The notes under the pieces are model-generated. The model saw only the letters and a program-made list of their open reading frames with translations. It made no database searches and had not been told where the DNA came from. Source: Kondoa subrosea (taxonomy: Eukaryota). Taken from it: DNA of 64,000 nucleotides. The translations under genes were made by a program, and so were the position numbers. The stretch is taken from NCBI GenBank assembly GCA_039545335.1, contig BCIN01000005.1, positions 1,020,641 to 1,084,640 on the forward strand. The letters run 5' to 3'. Below are positions 12,915 through 27,000 of the stretch, one piece after another. Positions within the stretch are counted from its first letter, which is position 1. Every line of letters starts with the position of its first letter.

Positions 12915-13444
12915 GCATCGACATCATGAAACGCAAAGGCTAGTAGAGGATCAAGCTCAGAGAAGAGGTGCAGGCATTTCAATACTCAGCAGCATGAGAG
13001 CAGTAGTAGAAGAAGAGGACTATAGCAGGGAGAAGAAGAAGCAACGCAATCGAGAGATTTACCCTTTGTACTCAGTTTTGAGCTTTGTCAATGCTAGTCA
13101 GGACTTTCTTCATTCTTGACGTGAAGCTCTCGCTCCATACAGCTTACCCGCACTTCCGGCGACCGAGACGATTTGGCTGAGTAAGAAGCACTCATTCAGT
13201 TGAAGGAAAGAAAACGCGTGTTTTTGCCGAAGTCTTTCAGATTAATACGGCCACCATAGCTTGACTGGATCTGGCTCGTGCAGCATCAAGAGCTGCTCCT
13301 ACTATCCCTGATCAATTGCCTACGCGTTGATCTCCTGTTTGTCGAAGGGGTCGAATCGTCTCAAGACTTCGCATCTCAATTGCGCATTGGCCGGTCCAAT
13401 CTCGTTTCAATCCTCTCTACAGCTAGTCGCTCTTTTACATAATC

Positions 13445-16400
13445 ATGTCTTCTGCTTTCTCGGATGACGAAGACCCGACAATGGATGGAAACCACCCAGA
13501 TCTCAGACTCCGTATTACTCGTACCCTCACTGAATCCATACACGAATCTGTACGCGAAGATGAAAGACGGAAAGTAGGTAAACGGAGGAAAGGAACTTTC
13601 AAAGCTCGTCGAACTCTCTTTGGTACAATCAAGAAAGACAAGAAGGATGACAGCAGTAGTTTTGGTTTATCTAGCAAGCAGTCAAACAAGTCAGATCAAC
13701 CACCACATGATGAAGGGCGGGAATCTCCATCAACTGCTTTGGGCATGGAAGAACAGTCTGCGAAAGCTCAGAAGTTTGCTGGTCCTGAACAATGCTCTGA
13801 TGTTTTACCTGGAGGTAAAAAGGGAAAGAAAGCAGCAGAGAGTAGAAGGAGGAGAAACGTCTATGTCAATATGCCTCTGAGACCTGAAGAAGTAGATCAC
13901 CGCGGTCAGCCATTAGCTAGATGGGCGAGAAACAAAGTACGGACGAGCAAATATACACTACTAAGCTTCGTGCCAAAGGTAAGATCAACCCTTGACCGTA
14001 GAAGAGGAGCTTACTTCGAAAACATAGAACTTGCTGGAGCAATTTCGTCGAGTCGCCAATATCTATTTCTTAGGCTTGATTATTCTTCAGCTCTTTTCCA
14101 TCTTTGGTGCAGCCGCTCCTCAAGTAGCCATGTTGCCCCTGGTCGTTATCTTGCTAGCCACAGGTATCAAAGATGGAATAGAGGATTCAAGGCGACACGC
14201 AATAGACAACGGTGTCAATAACGCAGCAGTTACTCGATTAACAGGATGGAGGAACGCCAACCAACCTGCGGATGGTCGTTCTTTCTTCGAGAAACTCTTC
14301 GGCATAGCCAACCCTCAAACCAAAGTTTCCAAAGGTGTTCGAAAACTACGAGAAAAGGAAGGATCGCTTCACACAGACTTCTTACACTCTTCAGCGGCAC
14401 AATCAGAAATGACCCTTAATAACGACAATGAAAGTCTGGCTGAGTATTCCATTTCTCACCAAGATGGTATTGGACCTGGTCGATCGAGAAGCAATACTAA
14501 CGCATCGAAATCTACCATTGCTCCTTCGTGTCGAAACACAGGCGCACAATTAGGTATGTCCGGACCGATTTACGTTGGATCTAAAAGTCATGGTTTGTTC
14601 AGGCGTGGTCGATTATACAAGACAAGCTCCCGGAACAGCTCAATGGGAACGAACGTTGTGGAAGAAAGTAGAAGTTGGCGATATCGTCTTGCTGAGGGAA
14701 AACGATCAAGTGCCAGCGGATATCGTCGTCTTATCTTCCAGCGATCCAGATGGAACCTGTTTTGTTGAGACCAAGAATCTGGACGGTGAAACTAATTTGA
14801 AACCTCGCAAGAGCTTGCGCGCTACTATGAGCATCCAAGCGGAAGAAGATGCTGAACATGCTCAATTCTTCATCGATTCTGAACCACCTCACGCTAATTT
14901 ATATAGCTATAATGCGCTTCTGCATTACACTGCTAGATCAACGGACGGAAGCAAAGGCGTTGAAAAAGTGGAACCAATTACAATCAACGAGTTGCTTCTG
15001 CGTGGTTGTTCGATCAGAAATACAGCTTGGGTTATTGGCTTGGTGGTCTTCACAGGACCTGATACGAAGATCATGTTGAATCAGGGTTAGTCAAGGAGTA
15101 TTGTTTGAATTATGGCTGACGTTGAAGAATAGGCGAAACGCCATCGAAACGAAGTAAAGTCGAAAAGGAAACCAACTTCAATGTCATTTCGAATTTCGTC
15201 ATTTTGGTCGCCATGTGCTTAGCTTGTGGCATTGCTTCTGGTATATACACGAATGCGACAAGTTCGATGGACTTTTACGAACCTGGAGTAGAAGCAAGTG
15301 GGTCGACAGTGGTCAATTCGATAGTCGTCTTCGGGTAAGCCGCTGAAGATACATGGAGATCTGTGTCTGATTTGGTTGATGTCCTAAAGCGCTTGTCTGA
15401 TCCTCTTCCAAAACATTGTGCCTATCTCGCTGGTCATTTCGATTGAATTGGTCAAGACTATTCAAGCTCTCTTCATTTTCAACGATCTCGATATGTACTA
15501 CGAACCAGTATGTTGCCAACTGAATGCTTTCATCTGAGTACTAAGACTCTAGACAGCTCGATCATCCTTGCGTACCCAAAACATGGAACATTTCAGACGA
15601 TCTTGGCCAAATCGAATACATCTTCTCTGACAAGACCGGAACACTTACTCAAAATGTTATGGAGTTCAAGCGATGCTCTATTAATGGTCAAGCATATGGT
15701 GATGGTATAACAGAAGCTAGTCTCGGAGCTGCTATGCGGGAAGGTTCAGCGCTGAACCCAGGCTCAAATATGCAACAGCTAGAAGACCAGAAAGCAAGCA
15801 TGATCTTCAATCTCAATCGACAATTCAAGAACAACTACTTGCAGCAAGACAAGCTGACTCTAATATCTTCGAAATTCGCTGAAGATCTAGGCAACCATTC
15901 TTCAGACCAGCGCAAGAACATCACAGACTTTTTCCGAGCTCTTGCACTTTGTCATACAGTTCTCTCAGATAGGCCGGATTCTGCTCGTCCGAATCATATC
16001 AACTATAAAGCAGAATCGCCTGATGAAGCTGCTCTGGTCGCTGCAGCGCGTGATGTTGGCTTCGTCTTCCTCGATCGAAGTTCCCACGAAGTTAGCATAG
16101 AAGTCATGGGTCAACCAGAAAAGTGGAAACCGCTTCGAGTGCTAGAATTCAACAGTACCCGCAAGCGGATGAGTGTCATCGTACGAAGTCCTGACAACCG
16201 CCTCCTGTTGATCTGCAAAGGTGCCGACAGCATCATCTACCAACGTCTGAAGGCGGATCACGATCCTCGGATGAAAGAAGTCACGACCAAAGATATGGAA
16301 GAATTCGCCAATGGTGGTCTGCGAACACTTTGCATTGCTTCGAGGAGCGTGTCAGAAGAAGAATATGCTGAATGGGTATCTGCCTACGATGCTGCATGTG

Positions 16401-18366
16401 CAATGACTACCGACCGAGAAGAAGAGATAGAAAAGGCTTGTGAGAAGATTGAGCAGAATCTGACACTACTTGGCGCAACAGCCTTGGAAGACAAGCTTCA
16501 AGCTGGTGTACCTGAAACAATTGAAGCGCTACATCAAGCTGGTATCAAGTTATGGATCTTGACAGGCGACAAACTCCAGACAGCAATCGAGATCGGATTC
16601 AGTTGCAACTTACTCAAATCGGACATGGAGATCATGATTATATCAGCCGATACGGAAGCTGGAACCCGCGCGCAAATAGAAGCAGGTCTCAAGCAAGTGT
16701 CGGACAGTCTTTCGAAAGCGCATCAAGAACATGCTGTTGTCATTGACGGCGAAACACTTCGATATGCCTTGTTGGATCAGCTCAAACCTCTTTTCCTCGA
16801 TCTGACGACACAATGCGCCACTGTAGTCTGCTGTCGAGTATCACCCGCTCAGAAAGCTCAAACAGTCAAATTAGTCAAAGATGGCAAAAATGCGATGACT
16901 CTGGCGATCGGTGATGGCGCCAACGATGTTGCGATGATTCAAGAAGCACACGTCGGTGTCGGTATTGCTGGTCTGGAAGGAGCTCAAGCATCGATGTCTG
17001 CGGATTATGCTGTCGGGCAATTCCGTTTCCTTACAAAACTACTGCTTGTTCACGGTCGATGGTGCTACAAGCGAGTAGCGGTCTTTCATGAAGTCTTCTT
17101 CTACAAGAATGCCAGTAAGTCTGGACTTGACCATTGCCTCCTTCCACTAAAGTATCCATAGTCTGGACATTCGCAATGTTCTGGTACCAATTGTATTGCT
17201 CGTAAGTCCGAGAACTGATCGCGATTATATGTAAACTAATTTGTTCAACAGCTTCGACTCAACATATCTCTTCGATTATTCCTACATCATGCTTTATTCG
17301 ACAATATTTACCTCTCTACCCGTTCTCGTGCTCGGCGCTTTGGACCAAGATGTCAGCGCTAAAGCCTCTCTGGCTTTCCCTACTCTATATAAGCGAGGTA
17401 TAGCCGGTCTAGAATATACCAAGATGATCTTTTGGGCATTCATTTTGGATGGCGTTTTCCAATCGGTGAGTGGACCATCTATCATATGAAGAGAGCCCCT
17501 GCTAAAGAACACAATAGCTGGTCTGCTTCTATATTCCATTCTGGATCTACGGCTTTACAACAACTGCATCACAAACCGGTAGAGATAGCTCGGCCGTGGT
17601 TGAGCTAGGTAAGGACAGATTTTCTTTATGAAAGCCAGTAGAAGCTCATACACCGAATACAGGCACAACAATAGCAATTTCAGCAATCTTTGCAGCCAAC
17701 GTCTATACTGGTCTCGTCACTCAATCGTGGACTAAACTTGCCTCAGCATGTATCATCTTCAGCGCACTCTCTGGCTTCATTTGGACAGGAATATATAGTG
17801 CCTTCCCTTATCTATTAAACGGAATCTTCATGTCTACTTTATCAACACCTAACTTTTGGCTTTCATTCCTCCTGACCCAAGTCGTTTGTCTATCGCCGCG
17901 CTTTACGTACGACTTTGTGCAGAAGACTTACTTCCCGCGAGATGTGGACATAATACGAGAACGTCAAGGTGAGCATGACATGGCGCGCAGCAAGTCGTAA
18001 ATTGACCTTTTGAATGCTATAGTATTTGGGATGCTAGAACTCAAAGATCTCGAACCACAACTTCAAGCAGTAAGATCTTTCTCTCCTCCACCGCCATTCC
18101 AAGATCGGCAACCTGAACCTCGATGGGACAACAATGCTTCAACTTATACCTTGCATGATGAAGTATTGGCTAGTCAAGCACCACTTCGAATGCGGACGAC
18201 AAGCGAACAAACGGAGACGCTCGATTCGCCGCATCACGAACATTATGCAACAGCTGAAGAACGATTTGAATTCGGCCATGCGTTGACAAGAGATCCAAGT
18301 CGAGTGGAATCGATAGCAAGCGTGGCCACCTTTGCAACTGCGCCTCCATCACCACAACGTACATAA
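13445..18366 (+). CDS. DNF1: P4-ATPase phospholipid flippase (Dnf1/Dnf2-like)
   Basis: NKVRTSKY, ETKNLDGETNLK, FSDKTGTLTQN phosphorylation motif, KGAD, LTGDK, CCRVSP, AIGDGAND, FFYKN; stop TAA 18364-18366. Subfamily symbol is a best guess. Confidence 0.92.
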
Positions 18367-18521
18367 AGAGTCAATTTCGGATTGTGTGGTTGGCTTCAAG
18401 TATAGTATTTTAGACAATTCCAAAAAGCATGTACATGTTCATTTTTCTTCCCTCAAGTGTATGTAAAAAGGATATCACAAAACCCTGCATTGTAATTCCC
18501 ATTGGCGCTTGAATCTGGCGA

Positions 18522-18951
18522 TTAGGCTGAACCTTTCCTGAAGTTTTCAGCTTTGACTAATCGAGAAATATGTTTGAGCCTATTCGAGGGTGGAAAGGAA
18601 GAAAACATACTAGCTTGCCTTTTGAGCTCTTTTGGTCGTTGTCTGGATACTTGATCCTCCTGCAGGAGTTGCCATAGCCATCCAGGATATTCGTGATTTG
18701 CCAATGCCTGGGGTGCAGGTTGATTCTTGTAGAAACCCAAGAATTTGATTGGTGTACCAGGAGAGAGCATCGAATCAGATGGGACACCAGCTGTGTAAGC
18801 ATGCGTGCTATTTCCAGCTTGTGCCAGTAAGAAGCTAGAAGAAGTTCGCCTGACATTTGGTTTCCACGGTTTCCACTACGGGTACAGGCGCCGCTTGCTG
18901 AGTTGAAGCCCACCTCTTACACGTCCTTTGCAGAGCTCTCCGTATAATCAT
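18522..18951 (-). CDS. MRPL37: Mitochondrial large ribosomal subunit protein mL54 (MrpL37)
   Basis: Presequence MIIRRALQRTCKRWAS; core PGTPIKFLGFYKNQPAPQALANHEYPGWLWQLL and C-terminal VKAENF; 2 introns. Confidence 0.8.
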
Positions 18952-19160
18952 CGCTTGTCACGGTCAAGCATTCATTTATCGAAAATAGCGAGCCGGCTTG
19001 GCTCGAGCGACGACTCTCCCTTCCGCTCCTAAGTAGCTAGATACCACGTCTACTTGGAGGATACACCTGTGACTGCCTAAGACAGATGCAGCCGACAGCT
19101 CTGGCTCAATAAACTTTTGAAACATAGAAGATTGGAGCGCGTATTATATTCCATTGTAAT

Positions 19161-22100
19161 ATGTCTAGTCATATCAAGCGCAAGAGCAAGCCCCAGCTTA
19201 ATCGACTTGAAACGTCTTCACATCAATCCCTGCCTGCTGCTTCTTTGATCCCGGCCGATAGCAGCAATGCACCCTCAGCGCAAAGCAACAATGAAAGCAG
19301 ACGCAGAAAGATGTCTGATCCAGAAGACGTGCAGTCCGATCATGCCTCTCTGGACTCTAACAGCAGCTCGCAAGGAAATTGGTCCTGGGCTGCAACATCC
19401 GCAGCCAACACACCTTTCGCAGAAGAGTTTGAGCCAAAGTACTCTGCTTCTTCAGAAGCACCTCTTCATTCAGCCAGCTCTGTATCTACGCAAAGACGCA
19501 GTCCAAATCTAGTCGGAAGACCAAAATCATCTCAAGGCTCTTACTTCCCTCCTTCTCCTTCGAACACAATCACACCTGCTTCTGTTGGTCAAAGCAGTCC
19601 ATCCTCATACAACCTTGGTTCGCCTGTGAAATCTTCTTCCTGGAACATTTGGCCAAGCTCTCAACAACCGCATAACGATCTTTCTCCTCCCGCTTACACC
19701 AACGGTCATCCCTTAGGCTTAGCATCTACCTCTCTGAAAGCTCGTGGTCGAGCAAACGGCTCTCCTCTTTCTCCCTATAACACATCTTCCCGTCCGTTTC
19801 GATCGCAACGTGAAACTCTAAAATACCACTGGCTCAAGACACATCGGCTGATACGATGGCTCGGCTGTGCTCTTTTGGCAGTGATACTGATATTCGGGAT
19901 ACGGCATCGCTGGCCGCGGCGAAGCAAAGCGCCTGCAAAAATCAATATACCTGCTCAAATATGGCACGGAGGTTAGTCAACCGCACAGGACATAGACTCG
20001 TCACTGACAAGGAGCTCAGGAGCTGGAGCACTTCTCGACGAGCAACATAGAATTAGGGATCCCGCTTCAATACCTTACCACGACCTTTTCACGATCAACA
20101 GTCTCATTTTACCCGAAGATGGTCTCACTATATCAATACTGTTTATACCATCGCATACTACAACCATCAATCAAATCACAACTCTCACAGATGCATTAGA
20201 CGCCCAATCTATTCCTCCTACATCTTATCATATTCTACCTTCTGCTTTCATCGACAAAGACTCGCTACCTGCTAGCGTTTCACCTTCTGTACCTACAGCT
20301 GAACACTCCCACTATACTATACTTCTACCACTTTCGTCTAATCTTCAGTTCGGATCAAACGTCTTGGAATACCTTATACATCTATCGGGAACAAGGGAAT
20401 TCTCTGGTTCGCTGCTAGAAATTGGTTGTGGTCAAGCTGCCTTTGTGCAGACTACCTGGTTATCAACTCTACAACTAGAAGGAAGAGCTCTACCCTCAGG
20501 TTATTGGAACAGTAAAGCCATCAGTTCAATTCGCTTACCTCTAGTCAATGAAGAATTGGGTTTGAATGGATTTTGGGTAGACGGATTGCAAGAATGTTCT
20601 TCTTCTTCTTCTTCCTCCAGCACAACAACATTTTCGGATTCTTTACCTTCACCTGATGCGGCTTCTATAGTCTTCTTGGTCGAACCTGATGAAGATGGGG
20701 ATATACAATGGTACGGAGGATGGAAAGAATTGATTTGTGAATTCTCAAGTCGGAAATTGAAATGGTCTGCTTCGATTCTTGTGGTTGGTGGGATCGATCC
20801 AGATGTGGAAGAACCTGCTCTGTGGTGCGATTCAGGAATGGCTGTACCTAAAACACCTATTGAGGAATCGGCTATAAGAAAAAGCTTGTCAGAATTGCAG
20901 AAAACGGATGTGGTGCTTCATGTTCTTGCTGGATCGGTAGCTCATGAATTGGCCAGAGGTGGATTGCTACAGGATCTGAAGAGTAGAATGGCTGTTATTG
21001 GTCTGCCTACAGCTGATCTAGCTCATGCTTTGTGGATGGGAGCATTATCGCCAGAAGCTCTCAACAGTGAGTTATTCCTGATCTTCGGGCTTGGATCCAG
21101 CTGACATTGGAAAATAGACTGGGACAGACCTCGTATTGATGTATCTGTCATTACCAATAATCGAGCTGGTTCACTCAATCGATTGATTGCTTCGCTCCAA
21201 TCCGCTCATTACTTTGGATCAAATGTCCACCTAGGCATCAATCTCGAACAAACAAGGGATAGCGAAACGCAACTACTTGTGGACTCAATCAAATGGCCCT
21301 TTGGTAGTATGCACATGCGAAGGAGAATCGTTCTAGCCGGTTTGATGCCTGCCGTCGTTGAATCCTGGTACCCAACGGACAATGACACGTACGCAGTAAT
21401 TTTGGAAGACGATACTGAGGTGTCGCCTTACTTTTTCGCTTGGCTGAAGTTCACTATTCTTAATTATCGCTACACCACAAAAGGTCGAGCTCAGTCTCAA
21501 CGTCTCTTTGGTGTCAGTCTCTATCAACAAAAGAACGTAGAGCTTCGACTAGAAGGACGAAGGGATTTCGATGCGCACAAACTCTTCGATTCCGTTTCGC
21601 TTCCATTCAATACGCCTTATCTTAGTCAAGTGCCGTGTTCTTGGGGAGCTGCTTATTTTCCTGAGATCTGGAGAGAATACCACGACTACCTTTCCATTCG
21701 ACTTTCAGAAACCTCCATCGAAATCTCAGATACAGTTGTGCCAGAACTGAAATCCAACAAATGGCCTCGATCTTGGAAGAAGTATTTCAACGAAATGGTC
21801 TATCTGAGAGGCTATGCTATGCTTTACCCGAACTACCCAGATTTCGAATCCTTTTCCACCAACCATCTAGAACAAGGTACTCATATCAAAGTTGCGGTAG
21901 TGGATATGAAGAGGAAGATGCAGTTCGAAGTTCCGCTAATGACGGATACTGATCCTACTTCGATACTCAATCTACCTGGGTCTCAATTACCTGATTGGCC
22001 TTATTTGCCTATGGTCGATTTATGGGGTTATTTAGCTACCGAAGAAGAAGTGATTGCCAGAGGATGGACGACTATGGTTCAGCTAGCTACATGTGGAGAA

Positions 22101-22277
22101 GGTGCTGAAGCACAGCTGTATCAACTGACGAGACCGCCGTCCTATAATGCAAGGGAGTTGTTGTGCGAAAGGGTTTACGAGAATGTATTGGATCTGTCGG
22201 GAGTGGATGACTTAGGGGTCGAAGAGGAGGGTGGTAATGTGTCAATTAGTGATGTACAGCAGCAGCAAAGGGCTTGA
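19161..22277 (+). CDS. Type II membrane putative glycosyltransferase (GT-A/GT2-like)
   Basis: Ser/Pro-rich N-terminus, one TM (LIRWLGCALLAVILIFGI), C-terminal domain with ITNNRAGSLNRL, VVESWYP, ILEDDTEVSP and SQVPCSWGAAYFP. Confidence 0.8.
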
Positions 22278-22644
22278 GCTTGTTATATTAGACTTCCGAT
22301 TTTCACGCGAATCCTCTTGTTCCAAACGGTCTCTTTCGTGGATCCCATCAAGTGCAAAGCATGACCAAGCTATCGACACGTCAATCATAGCGCGATATGG
22401 ATGCCAGTTCCCTTTGGAAAGGGCACTTTAGCTCTGACCTCCTTGGCCAGATTTGCAACTTCTTGCTTTGATCCTCTTTCTGAGACCGGTGGTCCAGTTC
22501 ACTTGTTACCTTTTCTATTCTCGTCTTCGGTCACTGCTTCAAAAGGACCGCTCTTGCTGCTTTTCTTGTTCATTCGTATATACACATTCACACCTAATCC
22601 ACAAAACCCACTGTCCTTACTCTGTCTGCTACTACTCGTACATC

Positions 22645-23439
22645 ATGAACTGCCCAAAGATCTTCATTCACCCTGAATCAAGCAATGAAAAGGCCTTGTA
22701 CTTTGAATACGTGACTGAAAAGGAGGAAATGGTTGCAATTACTATTGATTCAATGAAAGCAACGCAAGACAAGAGGGTGGAGCAACACGTCTATACCAAG
22801 GAGGGATGTATGCAAGCGTTGTTGGTGGATGCTTCGTTGACGCTTTGTACTTACATCCTATACGTAAGTTTTAGTTTCTCCCTTCGACGCGTACAAATTT
22901 GATTTGATCCTGTAGGCCGCTGTGGAATCTCGCATGCAGGCAGCTACTCTTTCATCTTGCATGGCTTCGCAACACCTCAGCGGTATACTTGCTAGTTGCG
23001 GCGGTCAGGCAGCTGGCCTGTCTTATGTCCTTCACATCGCTGTATCGGTATGCTTTCAAGCTTCATGTAGTAATCCCTGCTTACACCATTCCACAGCTTG
23101 GTGCTGTCTTAAAGACCATTCTTGGTGCTCTCATCCTCAACTATAAGATCTGCTCAATAACTGCTCTGGATTATCTGGTCGTTTCGTCCTCGGCTCACAT
23201 CCTAATGCTCGTATGTTTGTCTCTATCCCAGCGTCACCTATTCTGACCTGTCCGAATAGTACATTCTGTTGCTGGGTCCAGTCTTACATACCCTTCCCGT
23301 CGATATTCTCGCTACCGCAACTGCTCATCCAATGGCTTTCATCTGTCTCCTCCTTTTACCAGTCTATGGCTATTATGAAATCTCTGCCCGATTTGAAAGG
23401 CGCAATGAGAAGATGTATCACGGAATGACTTTCGTCTAA
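22645..23439 (+). CDS. Hypothetical small multi-TM protein (exon joins uncertain)
   Basis: Hydrophobic exons separated by GT-AG introns (about 22864-22916 and 23211-23259); last exon YILLLGPV...YHGMTFV*; phase across the first intron does not resolve cleanly. Confidence 0.4.
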
Positions 23440-24053
23440 AATTCATCATTGCGGAAGGAGGTTCTAGGGCATTGGGATAATTGTTCATTCTTCTACACGT
23501 TTTACGACTTGCATGAGCCACTCAGCTGTACTATACTATACATATATATAATGGAATAATCGAGATTCAGCTTTGGAAGCACGAACACCTGTTTCTTCTA
23601 GTATACACCATTCCCGCTACAGTACCTGCATTCACTACATCTGCTGTTATTTCTCGCTTTACACTCCAACTCCGTTTGGGTGTGCCTTGCATCCAGTATC
23701 TCCTGCAGCAGAGTATTGTTTTCAAGTTGCAACTTGTTTGGTTTTCTCTTGGAGATTTCTCTTTGAGGCAACATGGCTATCTACCCATGCGGTCATCGTT
23801 CTTGGTAGGTCTATGATATTAGGTGCACCTTGTGCTGTAAGTCTTGGTATTCATCGATTACGCGCTTCAATGGAGGATTTAGACCGAGCTTGGCAAAATG
23901 ATATCGTTGTCTCTTGCTGCACACCGGTGCACCGCATATTAAATCGTTCCCTGCCTTCGGTCCATCTTATCTTGCCCTCTCTTTTTTCTCGCTCTGTTCT
24001 TGGTTCGCTATCTTTCCCCCTTTTCAAGCAAGTTGATTGCGAAGTGAGAGAAG

Positions 24054-27000
24054 ATGTTACGATCTTCAGTCACTCTCGCCGTATTGGCAACATTGTCAAT
24101 AGTACAGGCTCACGAGTCATGTCTCGCGATTATGAAACGTCAACAGCAAGCGCCTGCAGCTTCTGAAAGCATTAATGAGGATCCCAATTCTGCTGCAGCG
24201 GATGCTTGGGAAGATCCTATGCCGTTGAGAGAGAATGAGTTCTGGGACATCAGCACAAGTTTCCCTTATCCTCGTCGGGCGCAGTTCGAAAGTGATGAAG
24301 TCACTTGGTGGGTGCTTTCGATGCTTGCTATTGAAAACTTTGGCTGATTTCCTTTCTTTCTTTCACGGCAGGTCTCGTTCTGATCTCCATCCTAATGGCA
24401 GAGAATTTGTCTTCGACTCTGTTGGAGAATTGTACTGTTTATGTAAGCTATATGCTAGCTTTCATGAATATCGCTCATACACTATTTTAGCTGTCAATGG
24501 TGGCCAAGCTAAACGTATTCTAGCTGGCGTGCCCTGGGATGTTGATCCTCGTTTCTCTGCGGATGGGAAAACTCTCTTCTACGTTTCTGATGCTGGTCAG
24601 GGTGCTCAAAAGTGAGCTTTCCCCTTTTTACTTAGATGTGGTCCCGGCTAGACATTTGAAATTGCAGCGTTTGGATGATGCCATACTCGACCTGTGACGA
24701 AATGGACGTTGATAGCGAAGATCGCTTACAAGCGCGCTCATCTCTATGGGAACGCGAACACGACGCTGGTCTTTTGCTAAATGGCGTGCAAGAGAACTCT
24801 GAACGTCGAGAAAGACGTCTGCTCGCCGAAGGTCGCTTCGAATCGTAAGTTTATCTCCTTCTGCGCGGATTGTTCTGAATCTGGCTTCGTTTCTCCAGGC
24901 GAGCTGTGACCAATGAGACTTACCGCTTTGTCACTGCACCGGCTATCAACCCTTATAATTCATCGGAAATCCTGGTCACTAGATGGTTCACCAGCACTCG
25001 TTCCATTGGAGCTGGTGAAATTTGGATTTACCCAATTCCAGCTGCTGGTCAACAGATCCCGCAAGGCAACGGCAGAAGAGCTGCTCCCAGGAAGCTTCCT
25101 GATGGTGGCTCCGCCTCAGACTATGGGTCGGTTCAAATGGGACCTGAAATGGGCCAGTTCTACTCGAATGATCAGATTATCTACTCGCAGAACATGGCAG
25201 ATCAACCGGGAGGCACTTTCAACTATAACAAGTGAGTAATTCTTCAGACGTGATGTTGCTATTTGCTGAAAGATCCTTGCTAGGAACGTACACGAAGGCA
25301 TTTATCAAACCTTCTTGCGCAACATCACCTCAGGGGAAGAAGTAGCCATCAATACTGCGACACCAGGTGGATCAAGTAGAGCTCAAATGTCTCACGACGG
25401 GAAAAGCATGGCTTTCGTGAAACGCGTCGAGTCTCGCTCTGTTCTTGCCGTTTACGACTTTGAGAGTGGAGAAACTCGTCACGTTTGGGGTGAATTGACT
25501 CCTGATCAGCAAGCTCTATATGCTCCGTAGGTTTCGCTCCTCATATCATCAGTCTTCTTTCGCTCACTCTACTCATCCAGGTCGGGTGTTTACCCTGGAT
25601 TCAGCTTCTTCCCCGACGACTCGGCTGTCCTCATTTGGGCTAGAGGCACTTTCGTATGCGTTCTTTGCTGCTTCTAAAACAGTGCTGACTGGTCTTGCTG
25701 TAGTGGAAAGTTTCACTGAACCCATCTGTACCTTTGAGCAAGCGAGGCGAACGCATCAACTTCACTGTCAAATACGATATTGCTTTAGGCGAGAAGCGGC
25801 TCAATGACGTTGACCTTTCTTTCGAAGAGAAAGACACTCAGCCAATCACCTCTTTCCGAGAACTCGATGTCAACGAGGCTGGCGATACGATCGTCATGAA
25901 CGGTGGAGGAAGAACCTTTGTCAGCTACCTGAGCTCAAACGCTTCCACTACTCCTTTCCCGATTCCTACCATCTACTCGACTAAATGCGCTTACTACACA
26001 CCATCGCTTGTCTCCGCCGACTCGCTCACTGTTGTTCATGGGCGCTGGAATGACGAGACCTTCTCGACGTTGGAAATCTCCTTTGTGGATCAAGGTGTAG
26101 CTATCGAGCTTACTGGATTGCCTCGCTCTGGCCGTTACCAAAATCCAACGATCAGCGAACCGGATGCTAATGGGGAACGTCTTATCGCATTCGTTCGAGT
26201 TGGTGCTACAACCCTCACTGGCTCATTGAAAGAGCTTAGCCAGACTGGTATTTGGATTGGTACCATCACATTACCTAGCAAGTTTACTTTCTTCTCGCTT
26301 ATTTGGTCTTACATTTAGAGTAGCTACCGTCACGTCTTCCACTCGCATTGCCATTCAGAACCCACGATTAGTCAGCCAGCGCTCTTCAGATTACGTGAGT
26401 CACGCGAGCATCAGCTCATTTGCTTCCAGTCTGAACCTAGATTATAGCGCTTGAGATTCTCCGCTGACAAGTCAAGCTTGTTCCTTCAAGGAGGACTTTC
26501 TACTTCTGTTCTCTTAGACATTGCTACTGGTGCTACTTCGAGCCTCGAAACCACTTATGCCGCAACTGAAGTCGTAGTCGCGCCGTCGTCTGGTTCCGCT
26601 AGAACTCACGATTATGTCGCTTTCACCGAATATCGACAAGCCTATCTAGCTCCTGCCACAGCTAACGGAACTCGCTCCTCTTCACTCTGGTCCAAGCCAT
26701 CTGCGGCTCCAGAAGGCATCGTTCGCCTCAGTCTCAATTCCGGTCACGATCTGGCCTTTAGCAAGGACGGAAGCAAAATCTTCTGGTTATCAGGTATCTC
26801 TATTCACTTTCAATTTACTTTTGGTTCTGACATCAGGGCAGGACCTCAGCTTCAACGGCTTGATGTGAATCAAATTGAAGAATGCGCATCAGAAATCGCC
26901 GCTGACAATTCAACCTTTGGCTATCGTTGCATTCAACGCATTGCGGATACGTTCAACTTTTCTGACTTGCGCCTAAAGACGCTAGCCGCTCAAAATCGTG

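Noticed and set aside
23573..24166. 197-aa ORF upstream of the amidohydrolase
   Set aside because: Non-ATG start, no motif, and it overlaps the real gene out of frame; likely promoter or UTR.
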